DNA from: Candidatus Krumholzibacteriales bacterium
GTDB taxonomy: Bacteria > Krumholzibacteriota > Krumholzibacteriia > Krumholzibacteriales > WJIX01
Direction: 5' to 3'
Assembly (NCBI GenBank): GCA_046483305.1
Contig: JAWODM010000046.1
Span: 64,001-128,000, forward strand
Length of the DNA stretch: 64,000 bases
Below the pieces are notes generated by a model. That model ran no database searches. It saw only the letters and a list, made by a program, of their open reading frames with translations, and was not told the origin of the DNA. Made by a program: the position numbers and the translations under genes. Shown here in pieces: positions 9,907-19,541 of the stretch. Numbering within the stretch: position 1 is the stretch's first letter; every line of letters begins with the position of its first letter.

Positions 9907-11260
9907 GGCCACCTCCAATCCCCGCCGCTATATCCCTGTAGAGTTCCAGTTCTTCTCTCTTCCTTTTTTCGGTAACCGATACCAGCAGGGCGGAATCTCC
10001 CAGCTCCGGAAAGTCGGAACCAACGGGAATTCCCGGCAGCAGCCCTTCCTTTCTGGCGATCTCGATAAACCTGTCGGCCCCGACCGGCAATTCCAGAATG
10101 AACTCCTGGAAGAAATCACCGCTGAATACAGGCCGGAATCCGGGTATTTCGGTCAGCATGTCGTACAACGCCCGGGATTTGGAGGCGCTCTGAAGAGCCA
10201 CTTCCCGGAATCCCTCTTCTCCCAGCGTGGACAGGTACACCGTTGCGGCAAGAGCGCAAAGCCCCTGGTTGGTGCAGATATTAGAAGTCGCCTTCTCTCT
10301 TCTGATATGCTGCTCCCTGGTCTGGAGAGTCATAACGTAACCACGCCTGCCGTCAACATCAACAGTGCCGCTTATAAGCCGCCCCGGACATTTCCTTACA
10401 TACTTTTCCCTGGCCGCGATAAACCCTATCAGGGGGCCTCCGAAACTCTGGGGAAGGCCCAGCGACTGCCCCTCGCCCACCGCTATATCCGCGCCGTACT
10501 CTCCCGGCGGTGAGAGCAACGCCAGCGAAACCGGTTCCACATATGCGATCATCAGGGCGGGTGATTCGTTCACTATGCCGGCTATCCGGGAGGTGTCCTC
10601 GACCACGCCGAAATAGTTAGGCTGGGCGGTCACCACCGCGGCCACCTCCGGGGTCAGGGCCTTCTCGAGCTCCTCTATATCGACTGTTCCCCGATCGGTA
10701 TAGGGAAGATACCGAAGCTCTACACTCTTGCCCACCGAATAGGATTTGAGTACATCCCTGATTCTCCGCGGAAGCGAAGAGGGCAGAAGCACCAGGTTCT
10801 TTTTCCTTACCGCGCAGGCCATCAGAATCGATTCCGCCAGAGCGGTGGCTCCGTCATAAAGCGAGGCGTTAGCCACATCCATCCCGGTAAGCCCGCATAT
10901 CATGCTCTGATATTCATATATCGCCTGCAGGGTCCCCTGGCTCACTTCAGCCTGATAGGGAGTATAGGAAGTGTAGAATTCATTCCTGGAAAGGACAAAC
11001 CTGACGGTGGCCGGAATGATGCGGTCGTAAATCCCGCCTCCCAGGAAACTGGCCATCTCCGAGGAGGGCCTGTTCCCGGATGCGATCTCCCTGAATCTGT
11101 CTACTATTTCAGATTCCGACATCCGGCCCGGAAGATCAAGTTCTCCCTCTACCCTGAACCGCTCCGGAACCGGCTCCAGCAGCTCGTCCAGGGAAGATAC
11201 ACCGATCGTTTCCAGCATCTTCTTTCTGTCTTCATCAGTATTCTGAACGTAACTCATCAA
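9899..11260 (-). CDS. gcvPA: Glycine dehydrogenase (decarboxylating) subunit 1
   Basis: YTPYQAEVSQGTLQ, ANASLYDGA, LQTREQHIRREKATSNICTNQ. Confidence 0.96.
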   Translation of the reverse strand: MMSYVQNTDEDRKKMLETIGVSSLDELLEPVPERFRVEGELDLPGRMSESEIVDRFREIASGNRPSSEMASFLGGGIYDRIIPATVRFVLSRNEFYTSYTPYQAEVSQGTLQAIYEYQSMICGLTGMDVANASLYDGATALAESILMACAVRKKNLVLLPSSLPRRIRDVLKSYSVGKSVELRYLPYTDRGTVDIEELEKALTPEVAAVVTAQPNYFGVVEDTSRIAGIVNESPALMIAYVEPVSLALLSPPGEYGADIAVGEGQSLGLPQSFGGPLIGFIAAREKYVRKCPGRLISGTVDVDGRRGYVMTLQTREQHIRREKATSNICTNQGLCALAATVYLSTLGEEGFREVALQSASKSRALYDMLTEIPGFRPVFSGDFFQEFILELPVGADRFIEIARKEGLLPGIPVGSDFPELGDSALLVSVTEKRKREELELYRDIAAGIGGGHE

Positions 11261-11321
11261 TTATCCTTTGTGCTGATCGACAACCGCTCCCGGGTCCCGG
11301 AGAGGACCGGAAAACGGCCTG

Positions 11322-11699
11322 TTACTCGCCTATGAACTCCTTATACTGCTCGAAATCGAGCATCTCATTAATTTCACTGTCGTCTTCTACCTTTATTTTG
11401 AGGAACCATCCGTCTTCGTAGGGAGATTCCTTGATCAGCCCCGGATCGTCCACGATATCATTATTTATCTCAACCACTTCGCCGGAAACCGGTGAGAAGA
11501 GGTCCGCCACTGTCTTGACCGCCTCGATAGTTCCTATCGAATCCCTCTGCTGAACAGGCTCGCCTACCTCGGGAAGCTCAACGAAGACTATATCCCCCAG
11601 CTCCTCACAGGCATATTTGCTGATCCCCACCACCGCGACGCCATCTTCGATATATACCCATTCGTGTTCCTCGGTGAATCTGAATTCTTCCATATTCAT
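11322..11699 (-). CDS. gcvH: Glycine cleavage system H protein
   Basis: EHEWV, LGDIVFVELP, lipoyl-Lys motif EAVKTV, SPVSG, PYEDGW. Confidence 0.96.
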   Translation of the reverse strand: MNMEEFRFTEEHEWVYIEDGVAVVGISKYACEELGDIVFVELPEVGEPVQQRDSIGTIEAVKTVADLFSPVSGEVVEINNDIVDDPGLIKESPYEDGWFLKIKVEDDSEINEMLDFEQYKEFIGE

Positions 11700-11721
11700 G
11701 CTCTACACCCGCCTTTCTTGT

Positions 11722-12828
11722 TCAGTCCCTGACCCTTCCCTGATAGAAGGGCAGTTTTACCCGTTTCGCTTTCTTCTTTTCTCCTCTGATATCTATTTCA
11801 AACTCCCTGACCTGCCTGGGTACGGTCCGCTCGATCAATGCCATGGCAAGCGGCTTCTTCAGGGTGGGAGCGAAAGTTCCGGAGGTGACACTTCCGGATT
11901 TTTCTCCTTCAGCGTAAACGTCAAATCCCTGCCTGGGAATACCCCGGCCGGCCATCTCCAGGCCGATAAGCTTTCTTTCCGGTTTGTTCTTCTTTTCCTC
12001 GACAAGAGAGTCCTTCCCAACGAAGTCATCCTTGTCCAGTTTGACCACCCAGGAGAGCCTGGCCTCCAGCGGGGAAGTCTCCTCGTTTATCTCGTGTCCG
12101 TACAGGCAGTATCCGGCTTCGAATCTCAGGGTATCCCTGGCCCCAAGGCCCGCCGGCTGAGCGCCAAGTTCTGCCCCATTATCCAGCAAATCCTCCCAGG
12201 CTTCCACCACCTGGTCCGGGGGCAGATATATCTCGTAACCTTTTTCCCCGGTGTAACCGGTCCTGGAGATGATCACCTCTTCACCCCGGTTGCCGAAGGT
12301 GAAGAAATTATAGTAATTCAGCTCCCGCAGCCTGTCTCTTACCGGAGTGAATACCCCGCTTTTGAGCAGCAGCTCCAGGGAGAGCGGACCCTGAACCGCT
12401 ATCTGAGCTATATCATCTGATTTATTGTTAACATCTACACCATCCCAGGCGATGCTCTTCAGGTGGCGGTATATTTTTTCGTAATTGGCCGCGTTGGCTA
12501 CAAACAGAATCCTCTTTTCAGAGAACCGATAAACCAGCAGGTCGTCCAGGATACCTCCGTCATCCCTGCAGCAGACAGTGTAGCATATACCCCCTTCATC
12601 AAGAGAATCCACCCGGTTGGTAACAGCGTAATCCGCAAACTCCAGGGCCCGGTCCCCGGTAATCTCTATCTCTCCCATGTGGCTTACATCGAATAGTCCA
12701 ACTTTCTCGCGGACGGCATTGTGTTCCCTGACTATCCCGGTGTAAGAGACCGGCATCATGAAACCGGCGAAATCCACCATCCTGCCTCCGCTCTCAACGT
12801 GATTCCGGTAGAGAGCTGTTTTCTTCAT
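11722..12828 (-). CDS. gcvT: Glycine cleavage system aminomethyltransferase T
   Basis: FDVSHMG, SRTGYTGEKGYE, GLGARDTLRFEAG; start at MKKTAL. Confidence 0.96.
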   Translation of the reverse strand: MKKTALYRNHVESGGRMVDFAGFMMPVSYTGIVREHNAVREKVGLFDVSHMGEIEITGDRALEFADYAVTNRVDSLDEGGICYTVCCRDDGGILDDLLVYRFSEKRILFVANAANYEKIYRHLKSIAWDGVDVNNKSDDIAQIAVQGPLSLELLLKSGVFTPVRDRLRELNYYNFFTFGNRGEEVIISRTGYTGEKGYEIYLPPDQVVEAWEDLLDNGAELGAQPAGLGARDTLRFEAGYCLYGHEINEETSPLEARLSWVVKLDKDDFVGKDSLVEEKKNKPERKLIGLEMAGRGIPRQGFDVYAEGEKSGSVTSGTFAPTLKKPLAMALIERTVPRQVREFEIDIRGEKKKAKRVKLPFYQGRVRD

Positions 12829-12867
12829 ACTGCCTTTCTCCAATCCGCCTGGCCATCAGGCTGTTCC

Positions 12868-12920
12868 AAAAACCGGCCGCGGGCCCGGGGTGCCCTTTTT
12901 CAGGGCAGCCGGCCCGGCCG
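12868..12920 (-). terminator. GC-rich hairpin with a short T tract between uvrA and gcvT
   Basis: TGCCCT/AGGGCA core (12891-12896/12902-12907) with outer CCGG, CGGG/CCCG and CGGC/GCCG pairs; TTTTT follows on the minus strand. Confidence 0.5.
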
Positions 12921-12954
12921 CGAACGGTATCCCAAGAAGACTAACATAATAAAA

Positions 12955-15849
12955 TCAGTTTTTCCTGACATATTTGTTCAATATCCTGCCTGTGTAAGAA
13001 CTCCGGCAGCCCAGAATATCGGCCGGGCTGCCGCTGAAAACTATCTCTCCGCCCCGGGCCCCGCCTTCCGGGCCAAGGTCTATTATATGATCGGCGTGCC
13101 TTATAACATCGGGGTTATGCTCGATAACGATTACCGTATTTCCCCGGTCTACCAGTCTGTTTAAAAGGTTCATCAGCAGTTTGACGTCCTCAAAATGCAG
13201 GCCCGTGCTGGGTTCATCGAGTATATACAGGGTACTCCCGGTACCCTTCCTGGACAGTTCCGAGGCCAGTTTGACCCGCTGGGCTTCACCGCCGGAGAGG
13301 GTCGTCGCCGACTGCCCAAGTCGAATATAACCGAGACCGACATCTTTTAAAACCTTTAATCTCCGTTTTACGGCTGGAATATTCTCAAAGAAATTGTATG
13401 CTTCGTCAACGGTTAAATCCAGTACCTCCGCAATATTCAAATTCCTGTAAGTGACATCCAGGGTCTCCCGGTTATATCTCTTCCCCCCGCATTTATGACA
13501 GGTGACGTATACATCGGGCAGAAAATGCATTTCGATCTTTCTGACCCCTCCCCCTCCGCATTCCTCACACCTTCCCCCCTTTACATTGAAACTGAATCTC
13601 CCCGGGCGGTATCCCCTCATTCTGGAAACCGGGAGTTCGGAGAACAGCTTCCTCACCGGAGTGAATATTCCGGTGTAAGTTGCCGGATTTGAGCGGGGAG
13701 TTCTTCCTATGGGGGACTGATCGATATTAACGACTTTATCTATATGTTCCGCCCCCCTGATCGTTCCGTATTCCAGCGGAAGGCTCTTGCTTCTGTAGAA
13801 CATCCTTCGCAGAGCCGCGTAGAGAGTGTCGCAGACCAGGGTGCTCTTGCCCGAACCGGAAACACCGGTAACGCATATCAGTTTCCCCAGGGGGAATTCA
13901 GCATCAATCCCCTTCAGGTTATTTCCCCTGCTTCCCTCCAGAACCAATTCCTTCCCCTGGTCCCTTTCGGAGCCGTCCTTGAGCTCGAAATACTGCTCAC
14001 TCGCCAGGTAACGCCCGGTAAGGCTTTTCTTCGATGCCATCACGCTGCCGCTGTCCCCCTCGGCAACCAGCCTGCCTCCCAGCTCTCCCGCCCCGGGTCC
14101 CAGATCTATTATATGGTCGGCCGCCATAATGGTTTCCCTGTCATGTTCTATTACCACTACCGTATTCCCGGCTTCGCTCATACTCTTGAGAGCGGATATC
14201 AGCCTGGCGTTATCTCTCTGGTGCAGCCCTATGGTGGGTTCATCCAGAATATATAGAACCCCCACCAGTTTAGTCCCCAGCTGGGTGGCAAGCCTGATAC
14301 GCTGAATTTCGCCTCCTGCCAGGGTGTCGGCCGAACGGGACAGGGTCAGATAATCAAGCCCGACATTTACAAGGAAATCCAGCCGCTCTGTAATTTCATT
14401 CATAAGCGGAGCGGCGATCATCTTCCTGTTGCCCTCGAATGAAAGGTTCCTGAAAAACACGGAGATATCTTCTATGGACATATCCGTTACCCCGGTAATA
14501 TTCATTCCGTTCAGGGTTACCGCCAGCCCCTCCTCCCTGAGTCTCATCCCTCCGCACCGGGAACACTTCTCCCTGGTCATGAAATCCTCGCACCAGCTCC
14601 TGATCCTTCCCGAATCGGTCTGGTGGTAACGCCGTCTCAGATTGGGGATGATCCCTTCCCATTCGGTTACGTATTCTCCATGACCCTTTTCGAAATCGTA
14701 CTTCACTACTATCTCACCGTCTGAACCGTGAAGGATAATATCCACAGCTTCACCGGGCAGTTCGCTGAAAGGCGCCTCCAGCGAAAACCCGTATTCCCGG
14801 GACAGAGCCCTCAATCTCTGCCCAAACCAGTTATCCTTGAGTTTCCCCACCGAAGCGATCGCGCCGTCCTCTATGGAAAGGGACCTGTCCGGCACGATAA
14901 TTTCCGGGGAAAAGTCCATGGTGGTTCCCAGCCCGTGACATTCGGGACAAGCTCCGTAGGGAGAGTTGAACGAGAACAGCCGGGGAGAGATCTCCCTGAA
15001 ACTTATATTGCAGTAGGGGCAGGAGTGTTCAAGGCTGAAAAAGACCTCTCTGTCCCCGCCGATCAGGGCCAGAATTACGCCGCCGGCGGCATTCAGAGCG
15101 GTTTCCACCGAATCGGCCATCCTATCCCGGCTCTCCGGCCTGATTCGGAGCCTGTCCACTACCACTTCCAGGTCATGCTTCCTGTTCCCGTTGATGCTGA
15201 TATCTTCATCTATACCGTGAATCTCTCCGTCCAGGCGGATACGGGTGTAACCCTTCCCGGCCAGCTGATTCAGCAGCGCTTTGTGCTTGCCTTTCTTTCC
15301 CCGGACCATCGGAGCCATAATAACCAGCCTGGTTCCCTCCTCTTCCATGGAGAGAGTGTCGACTATCTGGGAAACCGACTGCCTGGATATCTCCCTGCCG
15401 CACCCCGGACAGTGCGGGATGCCCGCTCTGGCATACAGGACTCTGAGATAATCGTATATCTCAGTTATGGTTCCCACAGTGGACCTGGGGTTTCTGGATA
15501 TTTTCCTCTGATCGATTGATATCGCCGGAGAAAGCCCCTCGATGCTGTCCACATCCGGTTTTTCCATCTGCTCCAGGAACTGGCGCGCGTAACTGGAAAG
15601 CGATTCCACATAGCGTCTCTGGCCTTCAGCATATATGGTATCGTAAGCGAGGGAGGATTTGCCCGAACCGCTCAGGCCGGTTATTACCACGAACCTGTTC
15701 CGGGGTATTCTTACAGTTATATTCTTGAGATTGTGTTCTCTGGCTCCCCTGACAATCAGATAATCCCTGTCATTCTCAGAACTTTTCACCATGGAGGCGT
15801 TTACTCTCTTCTTTTTACTTCTGTCCGTCTGTCTGTTTCTGCCTGTCAT
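12955..15849 (-). CDS. uvrA: Excinuclease ABC subunit A (start could be 15792)
   Basis: GAREHNLKN, GLSGSGKSS, FSFNSPYGAC zinc finger, second ABC domain GVSGSGKS and LSGGEAQRVKLA. Confidence 0.98.
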   Translation of the reverse strand: MTGRNRQTDRSKKKRVNASMVKSSENDRDYLIVRGAREHNLKNITVRIPRNRFVVITGLSGSGKSSLAYDTIYAEGQRRYVESLSSYARQFLEQMEKPDVDSIEGLSPAISIDQRKISRNPRSTVGTITEIYDYLRVLYARAGIPHCPGCGREISRQSVSQIVDTLSMEEEGTRLVIMAPMVRGKKGKHKALLNQLAGKGYTRIRLDGEIHGIDEDISINGNRKHDLEVVVDRLRIRPESRDRMADSVETALNAAGGVILALIGGDREVFFSLEHSCPYCNISFREISPRLFSFNSPYGACPECHGLGTTMDFSPEIIVPDRSLSIEDGAIASVGKLKDNWFGQRLRALSREYGFSLEAPFSELPGEAVDIILHGSDGEIVVKYDFEKGHGEYVTEWEGIIPNLRRRYHQTDSGRIRSWCEDFMTREKCSRCGGMRLREEGLAVTLNGMNITGVTDMSIEDISVFFRNLSFEGNRKMIAAPLMNEITERLDFLVNVGLDYLTLSRSADTLAGGEIQRIRLATQLGTKLVGVLYILDEPTIGLHQRDNARLISALKSMSEAGNTVVVIEHDRETIMAADHIIDLGPGAGELGGRLVAEGDSGSVMASKKSLTGRYLASEQYFELKDGSERDQGKELVLEGSRGNNLKGIDAEFPLGKLICVTGVSGSGKSTLVCDTLYAALRRMFYRSKSLPLEYGTIRGAEHIDKVVNIDQSPIGRTPRSNPATYTGIFTPVRKLFSELPVSRMRGYRPGRFSFNVKGGRCEECGGGGVRKIEMHFLPDVYVTCHKCGGKRYNRETLDVTYRNLNIAEVLDLTVDEAYNFFENIPAVKRRLKVLKDVGLGYIRLGQSATTLSGGEAQRVKLASELSRKGTGSTLYILDEPSTGLHFEDVKLLMNLLNRLVDRGNTVIVIEHNPDVIRHADHIIDLGPEGGARGGEIVFSGSPADILGCRSSYTGRILNKYVRKN

Positions 15850-18800
15850 TCATCTGCTGAAGATACCCGGCGGCTATCCTTCCCCAGTCCGATCCCTCTC
15901 CATACTTCTCCAGCACCGCTCTGTATATACCGGCCGCTTCATCGTTTCTTCCCATTTTGCGGTAACACCCGGCCGCTTCCAGCCTGGAGGTAACTCCCCA
16001 CATCCCTCCCGTTCTCAGATAGGGTACCCGCAGGAACTGCCTGACCGCGTCATCGTATTCGCCCAGATTCTTGAGGTTGATCCCTATCCAGTAATATGCT
16101 CTTCCCAGTTCACCCTCCTCGGCTGTAATGGACGTTATTCTGGAGTAGACATCCCGGGCAAGCCTGTACTGGCCCGATTGCCCGTAGGCAAAACCGAGGT
16201 TAAAGAGAATATCCACGATGTCGTCTCTGGCCGGGTAATCCTCCACTAACCTGAACCATACCGAGGCGGCCTGTTCCCAGTTTTCCATCTTCTGGTAAAT
16301 ATTGGCCAGATTCCTGAGGGCCCTGAATCTCAAATCCCGGTCGGGGCAGGATTCCGAAGCCAGTGAATAATTTCTGGCGGCCAGATTCATCTTCTCCAGT
16401 TTTGACTGAACGAAAGCCAGCTTGAACGCCGCCGCGCAGGATAGGGAAGAATGAGGAGCCTCGCGCAGGTGCCTTACCAGTTTCTCCTCGGCCTCCCGGT
16501 ACCCGCCGCTGTTAATATCACAGAGGGCCAGGTAGTACAGAGACTCATCCGAATAATCATCATACCGGCCTGCCAGAGAATCGAAAAGCTGCCTGGCGTC
16601 GCCGTACCGTTCATTTTCAATAAGCATTCTGCCCTTCTCCAGAATAACCTCCGGTATCCGCCGGTCGGATGGGTAACGCTCTCTGAGAAGGGACAGGTCA
16701 GCGTCCGCGCTATCTATCATTCCCGCCCGGTACCGCGCCACCGCCCGGCCTGCCAGTATCCGCAAACTGTCCGTTTCTTCGTATCTGAGAGCCCCCGAGA
16801 ATAATTTCTCGGCCTCCCCGTAATCACCCTGCTTCAAAAGGATCTCGGCGTAAACAATCCGGTTGTCCGGGCTGCCGGTCATCCTTACCAGCTCGCTGAA
16901 ATACTCTTCCGCCCTGCTGTAATTTCCCGCCTGAAGATTTTTCCTGCCGAGTTTCTCCATTGCCCTTGCCCTGATGCTGCTGCCGGCATTCTCTTTCTCC
17001 AGAAGAGCGATATACACTGAATCAGCCTTTTCTCCCTTCCCCATCTTCTCCAGGGCAAGAGCCCTTCTGAAATCAGCCACTGCCGCCGCCTGGCTCCCCG
17101 GGCTCCGCTCCGAAACTGAGCTGTACTCCTCTTCGGCCCCGCTGTAATCCTTGAGATAAAAGTGGCAATCACCCTTCCTGAGCCGGCAGTTCACCCGCAT
17201 CCCGCCAGCCCCGCAGTCAAGGCAGTACTGGAAGGCTTCCTTTGCTTTTCCGTATTGTTTCAACTTAATGCGGAGTTCACCGAGGTCATAGCCGGCTTGC
17301 GGGTCACATCCGCAGGAGGGGAACTTTCCGGTATATTCAGATAGCAGGGACGCCGCTCGAGCGTCGTCACCCTTCCGCTCATATATATAAGCCCTCTTCC
17401 TGGTTATCTCGGCCATATCGCATTCAGGAGGAGAAAGCGCCCCCCATTGCCTGCATGCCGCCAGCGCGCTGTCGGCGGCCCATCCGGCGCCGCTCTCAGC
17501 CGCAGCGAAAAGGTATCCGGCTTTCTTCTTAAGGGCCCAGATACTGCTTTCCCTGCTCCCATAGTATTCCATATACTTATCGAGCCCGGACAGGCGCCGG
17601 GACAGATCCCAGCTTTCCAGCTTCCGCTCCAGATAGGACCGGTAAGACTTTTCCCCCCAGCTGGTACCGCTGTATCTGTTTGCCCCGGTTCTCCAGTGGG
17701 AAAGAGCTTTTTCGAGGTCATCCTCCCTCTTCTCCCCGCCCGGGAGACTTCTCTTATATCTGTCCGAGTAAGCCTTACCCAGATAGAATTCAAGCCTGGC
17801 AGCATCCTCCCCGGAGAGCTCTCGCGAAGCGGCTTCTTCCAGCATAGCCAGGGCCTGGTCAATCAACGAATAATCAAGGTAGGTCCCCGCTGCATCTATC
17901 AGCAGAGATCCCGGAACCTCTTCGCCGAGCAGGAGCCGGTGCACCGATCCCGCGAAATCCCGATCCGCCTTCGGCCGGAGATTTATCAGCTCCAGTCTTC
18001 TTCCGGCTTCAGCCTCTCTCTCCCCCCCGGGAAATTCCTCGATAACCTTCCGGTAAAGGGCCGCGGCGCCATCCAGGTCGCCTGCCGATTCCCTTATCCC
18101 GGCGGCGTTGAAAAGGGCTTTCTCCCTCAATTCAGGTGCCGCGTACGAAGCGGCTTCTTCCCACAGGCCCGCCGCTGCCAGGGTATCATTCAATTCAGAG
18201 ATATAGAGCCGTGCGAGTTCGGCCAGGGCTTTGCCCTTCAGTCCGGGCTCCAGCCCCTCTGAAAGAGCCATCCTGTAGAACCTGGCAGATTCAGGATACC
18301 GGCCCTTCCGGGAATTCAGCTCCGCTCTCAGAAGAAGTATCTCAGGCGAATAAACCGCCCCGGGATACCTGTCCGACATTTTTTCCAGTTCTTTCAGAGC
18401 CTCGTCCGTTTTTCCTCTTTCCCCCTGAATCCGGGCTTTCATGGCATAGGTCCAGCCGGTGGAATCAGCCTGCGGATACTCGGTCCTGTACCTGTCTATA
18501 AGGCCCAGGGCCTTTTCTCCATTCTCCCTCAAACCTGAAGCCCGTATCGCGAAACGGTATACATCGATTCTTCTTTCTCCGTCTTCAAAGATTGACAGAT
18601 AGCGCCGCGATTTTTCCAGAACCTGCTCCGGGTTTCCAGTTTCGGAGTAGAGAAGTATCAGGTTGAAAATCCCCTTCTCCCGGAGATTTTCTTCCTGGCG
18701 GGTTTCCAGTATCCTGCTGAAATACTCTTCAGCCCGGTCAGTCCTGCCCGATGAAGCGGCATCTTTGCCCAGCTTGAGTAAAGCCATGCCGGCCAGCGGT

Positions 18801-19420
18801 GAATCAGGGTATTTTTCAGTGATGGTTTCCAGTTCACGGCAGGCCTCCAGCTCTCTATCCATATTGATGAGAGCCAGGGCCAGAGAATATTTCGCTACCG
18901 GTATAAGGTCTTCGTTCCCTGTTACCTTTATCAGTTTTTTCAGAATCAGGGAAGCTTCTTCCGGATTGCCGGCTTTCAGAAGTGATTCTCCGGCCTCTAA
19001 AAGAGACCTGCCGGCCAGGGCGCAGCCAGGATATTCATCATTGACCATCAGAAATTCAGAGGCCGCCTCCGCGTACATCTCAAGCTTCTTCATTATACGG
19101 CCCCGGTAGAATCTGGCTTTGCAGACCTCTTCAGCCCCCGGGTATTTGTTCAGATAGCTCTGGAAGGTCTCCAGCGCCTTTTCAGCCCTGCCCGCCTGCA
19201 TCCATGATTCTCCCGCCAGAAACAGGGCCCCGGGGCATAGAGCGCTTTCCGGATAGCGGTCGCAGAACCTGATATACTCTTCCGCCGCCGCAACGAACAT
19301 CTTATCCCGACGAAGTTTTTCAGCAAAACTGAAATCTTCGTTTTCCCCGGCCCGCGCCTGATGGAAACAGGACAGCAATATCAGAACAAACAGGGCGGGG
19401 AAAATATATTTTCTCAGCAA
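15815..19420 (-). CDS. Large secreted tetratricopeptide-repeat protein (BamD/CpoB-like repeats, ~1200 aa)
   Basis: GGAGG SD then TTG at 19420; signal peptide ...LFVLILLSCFHQARA; many YP-S turn TPR pairs along the whole length. Confidence 0.85.
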   Translation of the reverse strand: MLRKYIFPALFVLILLSCFHQARAGENEDFSFAEKLRRDKMFVAAAEEYIRFCDRYPESALCPGALFLAGESWMQAGRAEKALETFQSYLNKYPGAEEVCKARFYRGRIMKKLEMYAEAASEFLMVNDEYPGCALAGRSLLEAGESLLKAGNPEEASLILKKLIKVTGNEDLIPVAKYSLALALINMDRELEACRELETITEKYPDSPLAGMALLKLGKDAASSGRTDRAEEYFSRILETRQEENLREKGIFNLILLYSETGNPEQVLEKSRRYLSIFEDGERRIDVYRFAIRASGLRENGEKALGLIDRYRTEYPQADSTGWTYAMKARIQGERGKTDEALKELEKMSDRYPGAVYSPEILLLRAELNSRKGRYPESARFYRMALSEGLEPGLKGKALAELARLYISELNDTLAAAGLWEEAASYAAPELREKALFNAAGIRESAGDLDGAAALYRKVIEEFPGGEREAEAGRRLELINLRPKADRDFAGSVHRLLLGEEVPGSLLIDAAGTYLDYSLIDQALAMLEEAASRELSGEDAARLEFYLGKAYSDRYKRSLPGGEKREDDLEKALSHWRTGANRYSGTSWGEKSYRSYLERKLESWDLSRRLSGLDKYMEYYGSRESSIWALKKKAGYLFAAAESGAGWAADSALAACRQWGALSPPECDMAEITRKRAYIYERKGDDARAASLLSEYTGKFPSCGCDPQAGYDLGELRIKLKQYGKAKEAFQYCLDCGAGGMRVNCRLRKGDCHFYLKDYSGAEEEYSSVSERSPGSQAAAVADFRRALALEKMGKGEKADSVYIALLEKENAGSSIRARAMEKLGRKNLQAGNYSRAEEYFSELVRMTGSPDNRIVYAEILLKQGDYGEAEKLFSGALRYEETDSLRILAGRAVARYRAGMIDSADADLSLLRERYPSDRRIPEVILEKGRMLIENERYGDARQLFDSLAGRYDDYSDESLYYLALCDINSGGYREAEEKLVRHLREAPHSSLSCAAAFKLAFVQSKLEKMNLAARNYSLASESCPDRDLRFRALRNLANIYQKMENWEQAASVWFRLVEDYPARDDIVDILFNLGFAYGQSGQYRLARDVYSRITSITAEEGELGRAYYWIGINLKNLGEYDDAVRQFLRVPYLRTGGMWGVTSRLEAAGCYRKMGRNDEAAGIYRAVLEKYGEGSDWGRIAAGYLQQMNDRQKQTDGQK

Positions 19421-19469
19421 AATTTCCTCCTTGGATAACAGTTCGGCCGGAGGCCGGAAAACACTGAAA

Positions 19470-19498
19470 AAAATAGTAAAAACCGGCTTCGACGTCAA
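19470..19498 (-). promoter_or_regulatory. Probable sigma70 promoter for the TPR-uvrA unit
   Basis: Minus-strand TTGACG-N17-TATTTT, ~50 nt upstream of the TTG start. Confidence 0.5.
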
Positions 19499-19541
19499 CT
19501 CCGAAGCATTCATGCGCCGATCCGGCTGCCCGGCCTTTTCA

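Noticed and set aside
8704..9975. 423-aa plus-strand ORF
   Set aside because: Antisense shadow of gcvPB with no recognisable motifs
12844..12954. Glycine riboswitch upstream of gcvT
   Set aside because: No GGAGA, CCGAAG or CTCAGG aptamer arrangement
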